DNA from: an uncultured Bordetella sp.
GTDB lineage: Bacteria; Acidobacteriota; Terriglobia; Bryobacterales; Bryobacteraceae
NCBI GenBank assembly: GCA_964504905.1
Contig: CAZDGT010000123.1
Location: forward strand, 1 to 32,695
DNA length: 32,695 nt
Reading direction: 5' to 3'
Part shown: positions 24,682 to 32,695 of the stretch, piece by piece
Layout of the letters: every line of letters begins with the position of its first letter
Position numbering within the stretch: position 1 is the stretch's first letter
Made by a program: the position numbers and the translations under genes
The notes under the pieces: model-generated
What the model was told of the DNA's origin: nothing
The model's input: the letters and a program-made list of their open reading frames with translations, nothing else
The model's database searches: none

Positions 24682-25052
24682 ATCTTCTGCTGGACTCGCA
24701 TATTCTGCTGTGGTGGCTGTCCGGTAATAAACGCTTGCAGTCGATGGCTCGAAGGGCGATTGAAGACAGCGCTCGTTGCTATGTGAGCGCCGCCACGGCC
24801 TGGGAGATTGCCATCAAGGTCGCCATCGGCAAGCTGGAATTTCAAGGCGACCTTGAAGAAGAATTAGCGACTAATTACCTGTTGCCGTTGCCAATATCGG
24901 TACCGCATGCGATCGCCGCCGCTTCACTGCCCGCACACCACAGCGATCCATTCGACCGCATGCTCATCGCCCAAGCCAAGATTGAATCCCTCACCCTGAT
25001 AACACATGACGCGCGGTTACGGGACTATGGCGCTTCAGTCCTCGTGGTGTGA
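24678..25052 (+). CDS. vapC: PIN-domain VapC-family type II toxin
   Basis: LLLDSHILLWW.. at the N-terminus provides the first acidic residue. The sequence also has SAATAWEIAIK and a C-terminal DPFDRMLIAQA...LITHD. Length is 124 aa. Confidence 0.85.
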   Translation: MNLLLDSHILLWWLSGNKRLQSMARRAIEDSARCYVSAATAWEIAIKVAIGKLEFQGDLEEELATNYLLPLPISVPHAIAAASLPAHHSDPFDRMLIAQAKIESLTLITHDARLRDYGASVLVV

Positions 25053-25063
25053 AATCAGGGGCC

Positions 25064-26878
25064 TTACTCGCTGTCGCTTCCGGTGCTTACTTTAAGCACG
25101 GCCAGGAAGGCTTCCTGCGGGATCTCGACGCGGCCCACGCGTTTCATGCGGCGCTTACCTTCCTTCTGCTTTTCGAGCAGTTTGCGCTTGCGTGAAATGT
25201 CGCCGCCGTAGCACTTGGCGAGCACGTTCTTGCGCATCGCGGCGATAGTCTCGCGCGCGATGATCTTGTTGCCGATCGCCGCCTGCAGCGCGACTTCGAA
25301 CATCTGCCGCGGGATCAACTTGCGCAGCCGCTCGATCAGAATCTTGCCGCGCTCGTACGCGAACTCTTTGTGCACGATCATCGACAGGGCATCCACCGGC
25401 TCGCCCGCCACCAACACGTCCAGTTTTACCAGCGCAGAAGCCCGATAACCGGACAAGTGGTAATCGAGCGACGCATACCCGCGCGAAGCCGACTTCAGGC
25501 GGTCATAGAAGTCGAGCACAATCTCGTTCAGCGGCATCTCGTACAACAGCAGCACGCGTCCCGAGCCGATGTATTCGAACTTTTTCTGGATGCCTCGCTT
25601 CTCTTCGAGCAGCTTCAGGATCTCGCCCAGATATTCTTCGCGCGTGATCACGGTGGCGTCGATGATCGGCTCGTCGATCTCTTTGATCTCCGATGGATCC
25701 GGGAACTTCTGCGGATTGTCGATCTCCAGGATGCGTCCGTCCGTAGCCGTCACGCGATAGCGCACACCGGGCGCCGTTGTGATCAGGTCGATCTCGAATT
25801 CGCGCTCCAGCCGCTCCTGAATGATCTCCAGATGTAGCAAACCCAGGAAACCACAGCGGAATCCAAAGCCCAGCGCCGCGGAGTGTTCCGGCTCAAAGTT
25901 GAAGGCACTGTCGTTCAGACGCAGTTTCTCCAGCGCGTCGCGCAACAATCCGTGTTCGTGCGATTCCACCGGATACAATCCCGCGAATACCATGGCTTTG
26001 AGCGGTTCGAAACCGGGCAGCGGCTCACTCGCAGGACTGGCATCGTTGGTAATGGTGTCGCCGATCTGCGCGTCCGAAACGGTCTTGATAGTGGCGTGGA
26101 GGAATCCGACCTCGCCTGCTGCCAACTCGTCGCAGGGGATTGGTTTGGGCGATTGATACCCCACGCCTTCCACTTCATGAACGCTGCCGTTATTCCACAG
26201 GCGGATCTTCATGCCTTTGCGAATGCGGCCGTCCACCACGCGAGCCAAAATGATGACGCCGCGGTAGGAATCAAACCAGGAATCGAAAATCAGAGCGCGC
26301 AACGGTGCGTCCGGCGATCCTTTCGGCGGAGGAACCTTGTGCACCACCGCCTCGAGAATCTCATCGATTCCCACGCCGTTCTTGGCGCTGGCCAGGACCG
26401 CTTCGCTGGCATCCAAACCAATCACGCTTTCGATCTGCTCGCGAATGCGCTCCGGCTCGGCCGACGGCAAGTCAATCTTGTTGATGACCGGAATAATTTC
26501 CAGATTGTGGTGCAGCGCCAGATAAGTGTTCGCGAGTGTTTGCGCCTCCACACCCTGCGATGCGTCCACCACCAACAGCGCGCCTTCGCATGCCTGAAGG
26601 CTACGCGAAACTTCATAGCTGAAATCCACGTGGCCCGGCGTATCGATCAGGTTGAGCTGGTAGTCTTCGCCGTTTTTCGCACGGTAATCCAGGCGAACGG
26701 CATGCGCCTTGATGGTGATACCGCGTTCGCGCTCGAGGTCCATCGAATCCAGCACTTGGGCCATCATTTCTCGCTGGCTGAGCGCGCCCGTAACTTCCAG
26801 CAGTCTGTCCGCTAGTGTCGATTTGCCATGATCGATGTGCGCAATGATAGAGAAATTGCGGATATGAGAAGGATCCAT
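25064..26878 (-). CDS. lepA: Translation elongation factor 4
   Basis: [30 protein letters not shown] and NKID G-motifs, plus the LepA-specific C-terminal domain. I prefer the ATG at 26878 (MDPSHIRNF..) over 26905. Confidence 0.95.
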   Translation of the reverse strand: MDPSHIRNFSIIAHIDHGKSTLADRLLEVTGALSQREMMAQVLDSMDLERERGITIKAHAVRLDYRAKNGEDYQLNLIDTPGHVDFSYEVSRSLQACEGALLVVDASQGVEAQTLANTYLALHHNLEIIPVINKIDLPSAEPERIREQIESVIGLDASEAVLASAKNGVGIDEILEAVVHKVPPPKGSPDAPLRALIFDSWFDSYRGVIILARVVDGRIRKGMKIRLWNNGSVHEVEGVGYQSPKPIPCDELAAGEVGFLHATIKTVSDAQIGDTITNDASPASEPLPGFEPLKAMVFAGLYPVESHEHGLLRDALEKLRLNDSAFNFEPEHSAALGFGFRCGFLGLLHLEIIQERLEREFEIDLITTAPGVRYRVTATDGRILEIDNPQKFPDPSEIKEIDEPIIDATVITREEYLGEILKLLEEKRGIQKKFEYIGSGRVLLLYEMPLNEIVLDFYDRLKSASRGYASLDYHLSGYRASALVKLDVLVAGEPVDALSMIVHKEFAYERGKILIERLRKLIPRQMFEVALQAAIGNKIIARETIAAMRKNVLAKCYGGDISRKRKLLEKQKEGKRRMKRVGRVEIPQEAFLAVLKVSTGSDSE

Positions 26879-26915
26879 TGAGGTAAGATGGTGCCGGAAC
26901 CCCAATTATCCCACG

Positions 26916-27368
26916 ATGTCCGCGGATTCTCTCAACTGGCAGCAATTAGACGCGAAAGGACTTAACTTCGCGATCCTGGTGGCGCGTTTCAACAGCGCGA
27001 TCACGGAGAAACTCTTGACAGGTGCGCGGGAGGCCTTCACCAAAGCGGGCGCGAAAAGCCAGCAGGTGTTCTACGTTCCGGGCGCTTTTGAGCTCCCCTT
27101 TGCCGCGAAGAAACTGGCGCAACGCGGTGGTTTCGACGCCATCGTGGCGCTTGGCGCGGTGATTCGTGGCGGCACCCCCCACTTCGATTACGTCGCCGGA
27201 GAAGCGGCGCGTGGCTTGCAGCAGGTCGGCCTCGAAACTGGTGTCCCCGTCATTTTCGGAGTCCTCACCACCGATAACTGGGAACAAGCCGAGGCTCGTG
27301 CGGGCGGCGCCGCTGGGAATAAGGGCTTCGACGCGGCCATGACCGCCATCGAAATGGCGCGGTTCTAG
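26916..27368 (+). CDS. ribH: 6,7-dimethyl-8-ribityllumazine synthase
   Basis: [28 protein letters not shown] and GVLT motifs. Length is 150 aa. Confidence 0.9.
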   Translation: MSADSLNWQQLDAKGLNFAILVARFNSAITEKLLTGAREAFTKAGAKSQQVFYVPGAFELPFAAKKLAQRGGFDAIVALGAVIRGGTPHFDYVAGEAARGLQQVGLETGVPVIFGVLTTDNWEQAEARAGGAAGNKGFDAAMTAIEMARF

Positions 27369-27371
27369 GCA

Positions 27372-27803
27372 ATGCCCGCTCGCCATCGTTCCCGTCAGCG
27401 TGCTTTGCAAGTCCTGTTCCTGTGGGATCAGCGCAAGCAGGATATCGACGAAGCCATCTCTTCGTTTTATGAGACGCTCGGCTCGGAGGAAGAAGAGCCC
27501 CAGCGTACGCCCACGGACGAGTTCATGGAGAGTCTGGTGCGCGGCGCTGCTGCCGACTCCACCGTCATCGACCAGCAGATCAGCGCCAAATCGTCGAACT
27601 GGCGCATCGAGCGCATGGCCGTGGTGGATCGCAACATTTTGCGGCTTGCTGTCTACGAGATGAATGGACTGAAGACTCCACCCGCCGTGGCGATTGACGA
27701 AGCCTTGGAACTCGCTCGCCAGTTTTCGGGCGATGAATCTGTCGCGTTCATCAACGGAGTGCTTGACGCCGTCCGCCGCGATGCGGATCGGCATACGTCG
27801 TGA
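27372..27803 (+). CDS. nusB: Transcription antitermination factor NusB
   Basis: RSRQRALQVLFLWD at the N-terminus and DRNILRLAVYEM in the core. The gene sits in the conserved ribH-nusB position. Confidence 0.9.
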   Translation: MPARHRSRQRALQVLFLWDQRKQDIDEAISSFYETLGSEEEEPQRTPTDEFMESLVRGAAADSTVIDQQISAKSSNWRIERMAVVDRNILRLAVYEMNGLKTPPAVAIDEALELARQFSGDESVAFINGVLDAVRRDADRHTS

Positions 27804-28516
27804 GTCCGCTCAAAGTCGTCCTGATCTCACCGCGCAATCCCCTCAACATCGGAGCTGCAGCTCGCGCCATGAGCAACTTCGGATTCTCCGAGCTTCGCCT
27901 GGTGAATCCTTACGAAGTCGCGTTCCACGAAGCTCGCTCGGCGGTGAAGGCACACGCCGTCTTGGAACAAGCCGTCGAATACTCGACCGTTGCGGAGGCG
28001 GTCGCGGATTGCGCGCTAGTAGTTGGCACCACGGCGATAGGCTCCCGGGTCTTGGAACATCCGCTGCGGCGCTTGGAATACGGCGGCAAGCTCATCGCCA
28101 AGAAAATGGTAGCGGTGCCTGTTGCACTTCTGTTCGGATCGGAAAAATTCGGGTTGTCTAACGAAGACATGTCGCACTGCCACTGGCTCATGCGTATTCC
28201 GGCACGCGAGGAGCACGGGTCCATGAATTTAGGGCAGGCCGTGGCCGTGTGCCTCTATGAGATTATCCGCAACCCGGCCGTAGCCAAAGTTGCGCTTGCG
28301 GCCAGGCCCTCTGCTGGAGGAGCGCATCTCGAACGCATCACCGAACTTCTCGAAACCATCCTCGATCGTTCGGGCTATGTGCATGCTCGTGTCGAAGGTT
28401 CCACGCGCATGAAGATCCGCCGCCTTGTGCGCCGCCTGCAGTTAAATGCGCACGACGCGGAGGTCTGGCTGGGCATGCTACGGCAGATTCTCTGGAAGCT
28501 CGAACGGCGTGAATGA
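27800..28516 (+). CDS. trmJ: SpoU/TrmJ-type tRNA 2'-O-methyltransferase
   Basis: VVLISPRNPLNIGAAARAMSNFGF, LLFGSEKFGLSNED and SMNLGQAVAVCLYE are collinear with E. coli TrmJ as I recall it. The GTGA start overlaps the nusB stop. Confidence 0.75.
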   Translation: MSPLKVVLISPRNPLNIGAAARAMSNFGFSELRLVNPYEVAFHEARSAVKAHAVLEQAVEYSTVAEAVADCALVVGTTAIGSRVLEHPLRRLEYGGKLIAKKMVAVPVALLFGSEKFGLSNEDMSHCHWLMRIPAREEHGSMNLGQAVAVCLYEIIRNPAVAKVALAARPSAGGAHLERITELLETILDRSGYVHARVEGSTRMKIRRLVRRLQLNAHDAEVWLGMLRQILWKLERRE

Positions 28517-28532
28517 TATTCTGAGTTGACTC

Positions 28533-28757
28533 ATGACGAAAGTAACTTTGCATTACGATCTCACGCGCCCACTAGTCGACCAAGACTTCGAAAACATTGC
28601 CAATGTCCATGCGACCTATGGAATGGCGCGGGTTCAAGTAGCCCCTTCGCTCGACACGATCACAGTCGATTACGACGCGTCCCGACTGATGAAGAGCGAC
28701 GTTGAAGCGGTTCTTGCCAGCCACGGGATTCCAATCCAGGTTACTGCCGCTGTTTAG
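28533..28757 (+). CDS. Small hypothetical protein (74 aa), HMA-like pattern without metal-binding cysteines
   Basis: This ORF ends the ribH-nusB-trmJ string. The beta-alpha-beta-beta-alpha-beta-like periodicity (VTLHYDL...NIANVHATYGMARVQV..DTITVDYDASRL..DVEAVLASHGIP) is reminiscent of HMA/ferredoxin-like folds. The SD is weak. Confidence 0.45.
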   Translation: MTKVTLHYDLTRPLVDQDFENIANVHATYGMARVQVAPSLDTITVDYDASRLMKSDVEAVLASHGIPIQVTAAV

Positions 28758-29646
28758 TCAGCAATTCGAGATCCTCCGGAGTCTTGGGCCAATCTTCACG
28801 CAGCAAACGTGACAAGGCGCGGTCGGCGAGCAGCTTTCCATTCGTCTGGCATTTTGGACAGTAGTTTGTCTCGTTAGAGGCGTAGCGGATACGCTGTATT
28901 TGCGACTCGCAGCGGGGACACGGCAGCTTATAACGCCCATGGGCGGCCATGCCTCCCCGGAACGCCGTCACTTTTTCGGGGAAGTTGTCGCCGGCCTCGT
29001 CACGCAGGCGTTCGATCCATCGATGCAGAGTCACCTTCGTGGCGATATACAGGCGTTCGATTTCGTCTCGCGATAGTTTTTGTGTGAGCGCCAAAGGCGA
29101 GAGTTGCGCCTCGAACAGGATCTCGTCGGAATACGCGTTGCCGATTCCACTGAACGATCGGGGATCGCTCAAGGCCCGCTTCAGCGTGTGGTTGGATTCC
29201 GTCAGCACGGTGGCAAAGCGTTCTAGATCCGTGTCGAGCACTTCCAAACCGCCCGGGTCCAGGGCGCGCAGACCTTCCTCGCCCGCTGCCAGATGAAGCG
29301 AGGCACGTTTCCGGGAGCCCTCTTCGGTCAATAGCAAAGTCCCGTTGGGAAAATCGAACGCGGCCAAACCTCTCGGTTTGGATACCCTTGCGCCAAGCGC
29401 GCGCCAATGAAACCGGCCCCCGATCATCAGGTGCACCACCAGCCATACGTCGTCTTCAAGTCCGATACAAATGCGCTTGCCAAGCCTGCGCAACTCTGTA
29501 ACGGTTTTGCCCGGAGCACTTTCGAGCGGGGGATCTACGGTTCGCAACAGGAAGGGGCTTGCGATGCGCACTGCGTCGAGTCTGCGGCCTAGGATGCGCT
29601 TCTCCAGCGCCTCGATGTATACGGTTACATCCGGCAGTTCGGGCAA
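28741..29646 (-). CDS. Fpg/Nei-family DNA glycosylase / AP lyase
   Basis: N-terminal MPELPDV (catalytic Pro2/Glu3), an H2TH region and a C-terminal zinc finger CPRC..(17)..CPKC. Confidence 0.85.
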   Translation of the reverse strand: MPELPDVTVYIEALEKRILGRRLDAVRIASPFLLRTVDPPLESAPGKTVTELRRLGKRICIGLEDDVWLVVHLMIGGRFHWRALGARVSKPRGLAAFDFPNGTLLLTEEGSRKRASLHLAAGEEGLRALDPGGLEVLDTDLERFATVLTESNHTLKRALSDPRSFSGIGNAYSDEILFEAQLSPLALTQKLSRDEIERLYIATKVTLHRWIERLRDEAGDNFPEKVTAFRGGMAAHGRYKLPCPRCESQIQRIRYASNETNYCPKCQTNGKLLADRALSRLLREDWPKTPEDLELLTKQRQ

Positions 29647-29656
29647 CCGCGTGTAC

Positions 29657-30616
29657 CTACTTTTTCAAACCCGGCAATCCACCTAGAGACGGCGCCATGC
29701 GCACCGCGCGCAGGATCGCTTCGGCCACCGCTTCGGCTGCGGCAACCCCCAGCGCGTCAATGGGTGCGCGGGCGGTCCCTGAAGACATTGCCACCACCAG
29801 ATCTCCATCCGACATTGTGTTCACCGGATAGATCGTCCGCGCCATCCCAAGTTGCCCCATCTGCGCCAGCTTAGTCGCTTCCACCTTGCTAAGAGACGCG
29901 TTGGTCGCAACCACCACGAGTGTGGTGTTTTCTCGCGTGTAACCCGTGGGTCCGGAAGCTTTCATCAGCTTGGCGCTATCGGCAAATTCCATCGAATCTG
30001 GTGTCTTGCGGGTGCCCGCGATGATCTTGCCGTTTACCGTGTCGCGCACATCGCCGACCGCGTTCACGACCGCCAGGGCCGACACCATCACGCCCGCATT
30101 CTGGCCCTCAAGCGGCACTGTCCACGAACCCAAGCCGGATTTCATCGCCTGCTTGATACCCAGAATCTTGCCCACCGTTGCGCCGGTTCCCGCACCTACC
30201 GCGCCTTCGTTTACAGCCTTATCGGTCGCGGCCGCTGCGGCGGTTTCCGCCATCTCCCGCGTAGGGCGCACACCTTTCTTGCCCATACTGAGATCGTAGA
30301 GAATGGCCCCAACGACGATAGGTACCGGCCCAGCCCCAGTCTTGAAGCCGACGCCCTTGTGCTCCAAAAACCTGCGCACGCCGCTGGCTGATTCCAGGCC
30401 AAACGCGCTCCCGCCGGAAAAAACAACGCCATGAATCATGGGAGTGACGTGCATCGGGTTCAACACGTCCCATTCGTCCACGCCCGTGGCCGATCCGCGG
30501 ATATCGCCGCCCGCCACCGCTCCCCGTTCGCACAGCACTACCGTGCACCCCGTCAATCCGTCATAATCGGAGGCATGCCCCACTAAGATGCCGGGGATGT
30601 CGGTGAGGCCTTTCAT
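29657..30616 (-). CDS. P1/S58 (DmpA-type) family aminopeptidase
   Basis: DIPGILVGHASD...TGCTVVL..GAVAGGDIRGSATG at the N-terminus and a TTLVVVATNA self-processing-region motif. The gene ends 10 nt upstream of the fpg-like gene. Confidence 0.8.
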   Translation of the reverse strand: MKGLTDIPGILVGHASDYDGLTGCTVVLCERGAVAGGDIRGSATGVDEWDVLNPMHVTPMIHGVVFSGGSAFGLESASGVRRFLEHKGVGFKTGAGPVPIVVGAILYDLSMGKKGVRPTREMAETAAAAATDKAVNEGAVGAGTGATVGKILGIKQAMKSGLGSWTVPLEGQNAGVMVSALAVVNAVGDVRDTVNGKIIAGTRKTPDSMEFADSAKLMKASGPTGYTRENTTLVVVATNASLSKVEATKLAQMGQLGMARTIYPVNTMSDGDLVVAMSSGTARAPIDALGVAAAEAVAEAILRAVRMAPSLGGLPGLKK

Positions 30617-30674
30617 TTTGCGTTTTCATATTAACATCAACCATGCCAGTAGCCACCGCGCCGGGAGACCCTGA

Positions 30675-31433
30675 TTGCTCGATTTCCTAAAAACGCCTGT
30701 CGAGACGTTCCAGGAATTTCTGTACTTGAGCGGCCGCGCATTCCGCAATATTGTCCGCTCGCCCCACTATGCAGACGATATTCTGCTGCAGATGGACGCC
30801 ATCGGTGTCGGTTCGTTGTTCATCGTCAGCCTGATCGGTTTTTTCAGCGGCGTCGTAATGGCTCTGCAAATGTCGCGCGCACTCGCCAATTACGGTGCGC
30901 AGGGGCAGATCGGGCAGATCGTTTCCATCACACTTGTACGCGAGTTGGGGCCAGTGCTTGCGTCATTGTTGGTCGCCGGACGCAACGCCAGCGGCATTGC
31001 GAGCGAGTTGGGCTCCATGCGGGTTACCGAGCAGATCGACGCTATGCGCGCTCTGGGAACGGATCCTATTCAGAAGCTAGTGACGCCGCGGCTCATTGCC
31101 ATGGCTGTGGTTCTTCCGTTGCTGACTATCATCGCGGATTTTCTTGGATTGGTTGGCGGCTATTTCATTGCCTACACCATGCTGAACATCACGAGTTCGC
31201 AGTATTGGAGCACGGCTTGGCGCGTCCTGGAGTATAACGATCTCACCCAGGGGCTGCTGAAGCCATTCCTATTCGCTATTGTGATCGCGCTGGTGGGGTG
31301 TTACTACGGCATCAATACAACGGGCGGCACGCAAGGTGTGGGCCGCTCCACCACCAAAGCTGTGGTCGTGGCCTCGGTCTGGATCTTTATCATCACCGCC
31401 ATGCTGGACCCGTTGTTTGTGAACTTGAAATGA
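30675..31433 (+). CDS. mlaE: MlaE-family ABC transporter permease
   Basis: TTG start. The typical N-terminus is ..GRAFRNIVRSPHY...QMDAIGVGSLFIV, and the motif EQIDAMRALG is present. Length is 252 aa. Confidence 0.85.
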   Translation: MLDFLKTPVETFQEFLYLSGRAFRNIVRSPHYADDILLQMDAIGVGSLFIVSLIGFFSGVVMALQMSRALANYGAQGQIGQIVSITLVRELGPVLASLLVAGRNASGIASELGSMRVTEQIDAMRALGTDPIQKLVTPRLIAMAVVLPLLTIIADFLGLVGGYFIAYTMLNITSSQYWSTAWRVLEYNDLTQGLLKPFLFAIVIALVGCYYGINTTGGTQGVGRSTTKAVVVASVWIFIITAMLDPLFVNLK

Positions 31434-32293
31434 TCGCGAACGAAGTGGAAAGCCGCGCAACCGCGAATCTTGGCGACCCTCCTGTGGTCAGCTTCGAAGA
31501 TGTGAACCTCGCCTTCGGAGAGACGCCCGCGCTGGTGCATCTTTCTTTCTCCATGCGTGCCGGGGAAACACGCGTGGTGCTGGGTGCCGCCGGTAGCGGA
31601 AAAACCATGCTGCTGAAGACGGCCGTCGGACTGGTCCGGCCGGACTCCGGCCGCATCTCTCTGTTTGGCCAGGAGGTCACGGGCCGCAAAGAGAGCCAGT
31701 TGTATGAGGTTCGCAGCAAGGTGGGCATTCTGTTCCAGGAGGGTGGCCTGTTCGATTCGCTCACCATCGCTGAAAACGTTGCCTACCCTTTGCTCAACCA
31801 GTACGCTCTCCGCCAGGCGGGCGAGGCTCCTTCGCCCGGGGAAGTGGACCAGCGGGTCCGCGAATCTCTAAGCTTCGTCGAACTGGAGCACACGCTCGAA
31901 AAATTCCCTAGCGAACTATCCGGAGGCATGCGCCGGCGTGTCGGCATCGCCCGGGCCGTGGTTACGGCCCCCCAACTGGTGCTCTACGACTCGCCCACCG
32001 CCGGGCTCGATCCCATCACGGCCAACACCATCATTAATCTAATCCTCAAGGGGCGCGACATGCGCAATACCGCCACCATTATGGTCACCCACCGCTACCA
32101 GGATGGGCACTTGATGGCCAATTTTCGCTACAATCCGAGCAGTGACAAAATCGAGCGTGCGGAGAGCAGCCAATTGACGACCCGGTTCTTCGTCATGAAG
32201 GAGGGGCGCCTCTTCTTCGAAGGCTCGGAGGATGAGTTGCGCGCCAGCTCAGATCCGTACGTGGAAAAATTCGCACGGGCGGGGAGTTCCTAG
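31430..32293 (+). CDS. mlaF: MlaF-type ABC transporter ATP-binding protein
   Basis: I chose the ATG at 31430, which overlaps the mlaE stop (ATGA), over the ORF-track start at 31298, which would lie inside mlaE. Walker A GAAGSGKT, signature LSGGMRRRVGIARAV and Walker B VLYDSPTAGLDP are present. Confidence 0.85.
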   Translation: MIANEVESRATANLGDPPVVSFEDVNLAFGETPALVHLSFSMRAGETRVVLGAAGSGKTMLLKTAVGLVRPDSGRISLFGQEVTGRKESQLYEVRSKVGILFQEGGLFDSLTIAENVAYPLLNQYALRQAGEAPSPGEVDQRVRESLSFVELEHTLEKFPSELSGGMRRRVGIARAVVTAPQLVLYDSPTAGLDPITANTIINLILKGRDMRNTATIMVTHRYQDGHLMANFRYNPSSDKIERAESSQLTTRFFVMKEGRLFFEGSEDELRASSDPYVEKFARAGSS

Positions 32294-32299
32294 GAGCCT

Positions 32300-32695
32300 A
32301 TGGCGCTACAGACCAAAAAGAGGTGGGCGCAACTAAAGGTGGGCCTTCTGGCCATCTTCGCCCTGTCCCTCCTGGCGTTTCTGATATTCCTGATGACCAG
32401 TTCGACTGGTCTGTTTACCAAGCGCACCGAGGTCTACACGTTCCTCGATGACTCGGCCGCCATCGCGGTAAGCGCCCCGGTGCGCCTGAATGGAATCACG
32501 GTAGGAAGAGTGGAAAACATCGGTCTTTCGGGATCGAGCGAGCCTAACCGGATCGTGCGCGTAACCCTGGAAGTCGAAAACAAATACTTGGCTTCGATAC
32601 CCGTGGACTCCCAGGCTGCCATCGCCGCCGAAAACTTGCTGGGCACGAAATACATCAACATCAAGAAAGGCCGGAGCCAAGATACGGTTCAGCCC
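32300..32695 (+). CDS. mlaD: MlaD/MCE-domain protein, 5' partial (runs off the window end)
   Basis: Not in the ORF track because there is no stop in the window. My translation is MALQTKKRWAQLKVGLLAIFALSLLAFLIFLM..VYTFLDDSAAIAVSAPVRLNGITVGRVENI...AENLLGTKYINIKKG. That is an N-terminal TM anchor followed by MCE-domain motifs. Confidence 0.8.
   Translation, partial: MALQTKKRWAQLKVGLLAIFALSLLAFLIFLMTSSTGLFTKRTEVYTFLDDSAAIAVSAPVRLNGITVGRVENIGLSGSSEPNRIVRVTLEVENKYLASIPVDSQAAIAAENLLGTKYINIKKGRSQDTVQP

Noticed and set aside
25883-26815. 310-aa ORF antisense to lepA
   Set aside because: It is a shadow ORF opposite a universally conserved GTPase gene.
26946-27794. 282-aa ORF antisense to ribH and nusB
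   Set aside because: It lies opposite two confidently identified genes. Its Arg/Gly/His-rich, low-complexity composition is typical of antisense frames in GC-rich DNA, and it has no motif.
31298-31429. 44-codon N-terminal extension of the mlaF-like ORF
   Set aside because: It lies wholly inside mlaE in another frame, and its sequence is His/Arg/Gly-rich. The ATGA overlap start at 31430 gives a normal ABC ATPase N-terminus.

Overview
This is a high-GC bacterial chromosomal segment. Its gene content looks Acidobacteriota/Terriglobia-like: an acidobacterial-type VWA protein, a DUF6152 protein, exported TldD/PmbA paralogues and many exported proteins. That taxonomic guess is inference only. I support about 34 CDS, packed tightly on both strands, and I found no rRNA, tRNA, CRISPR array, transposase or integrase.

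Most of the window is housekeeping: rluB-like, ftcD, lipA, murB, lepA, ribH-nusB-trmJ, fpg/nei, a MacAB-type efflux operon, mlaE-mlaF-mlaD and a phd-vapC toxin-antitoxin pair.

I cannot point to a clear-cut novel multi-gene system. The candidates most worth a second look are:
1. A central same-strand cluster (13787-20377) made of an orphan LuxR-type regulator, a translationally coupled pair of exported TldD/TldE-like metallopeptidases (one Sec-type and one Tat-type signal), and a single-polypeptide LptF-LptG fusion.
2. An AT-rich islet (7914-8758) carrying an unassignable 205-aa cytoplasmic protein, an apparent hicA N-terminal remnant and an intact 58-aa hicB that is missing from the ORF track.
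3. An 866-883-aa secreted protein that joins a plant EXORDIUM/PHI-1-like domain to an Ig-like module and two tandem units of about 220 aa.
4. An orphan TadZ/CpaE-like pseudo-receiver ATPase ending 5 nt upstream of murB.
5. A 1126-aa exported orphan protein coupled to a VWA protein.

All family calls come from motif recognition by eye. No searches were run.
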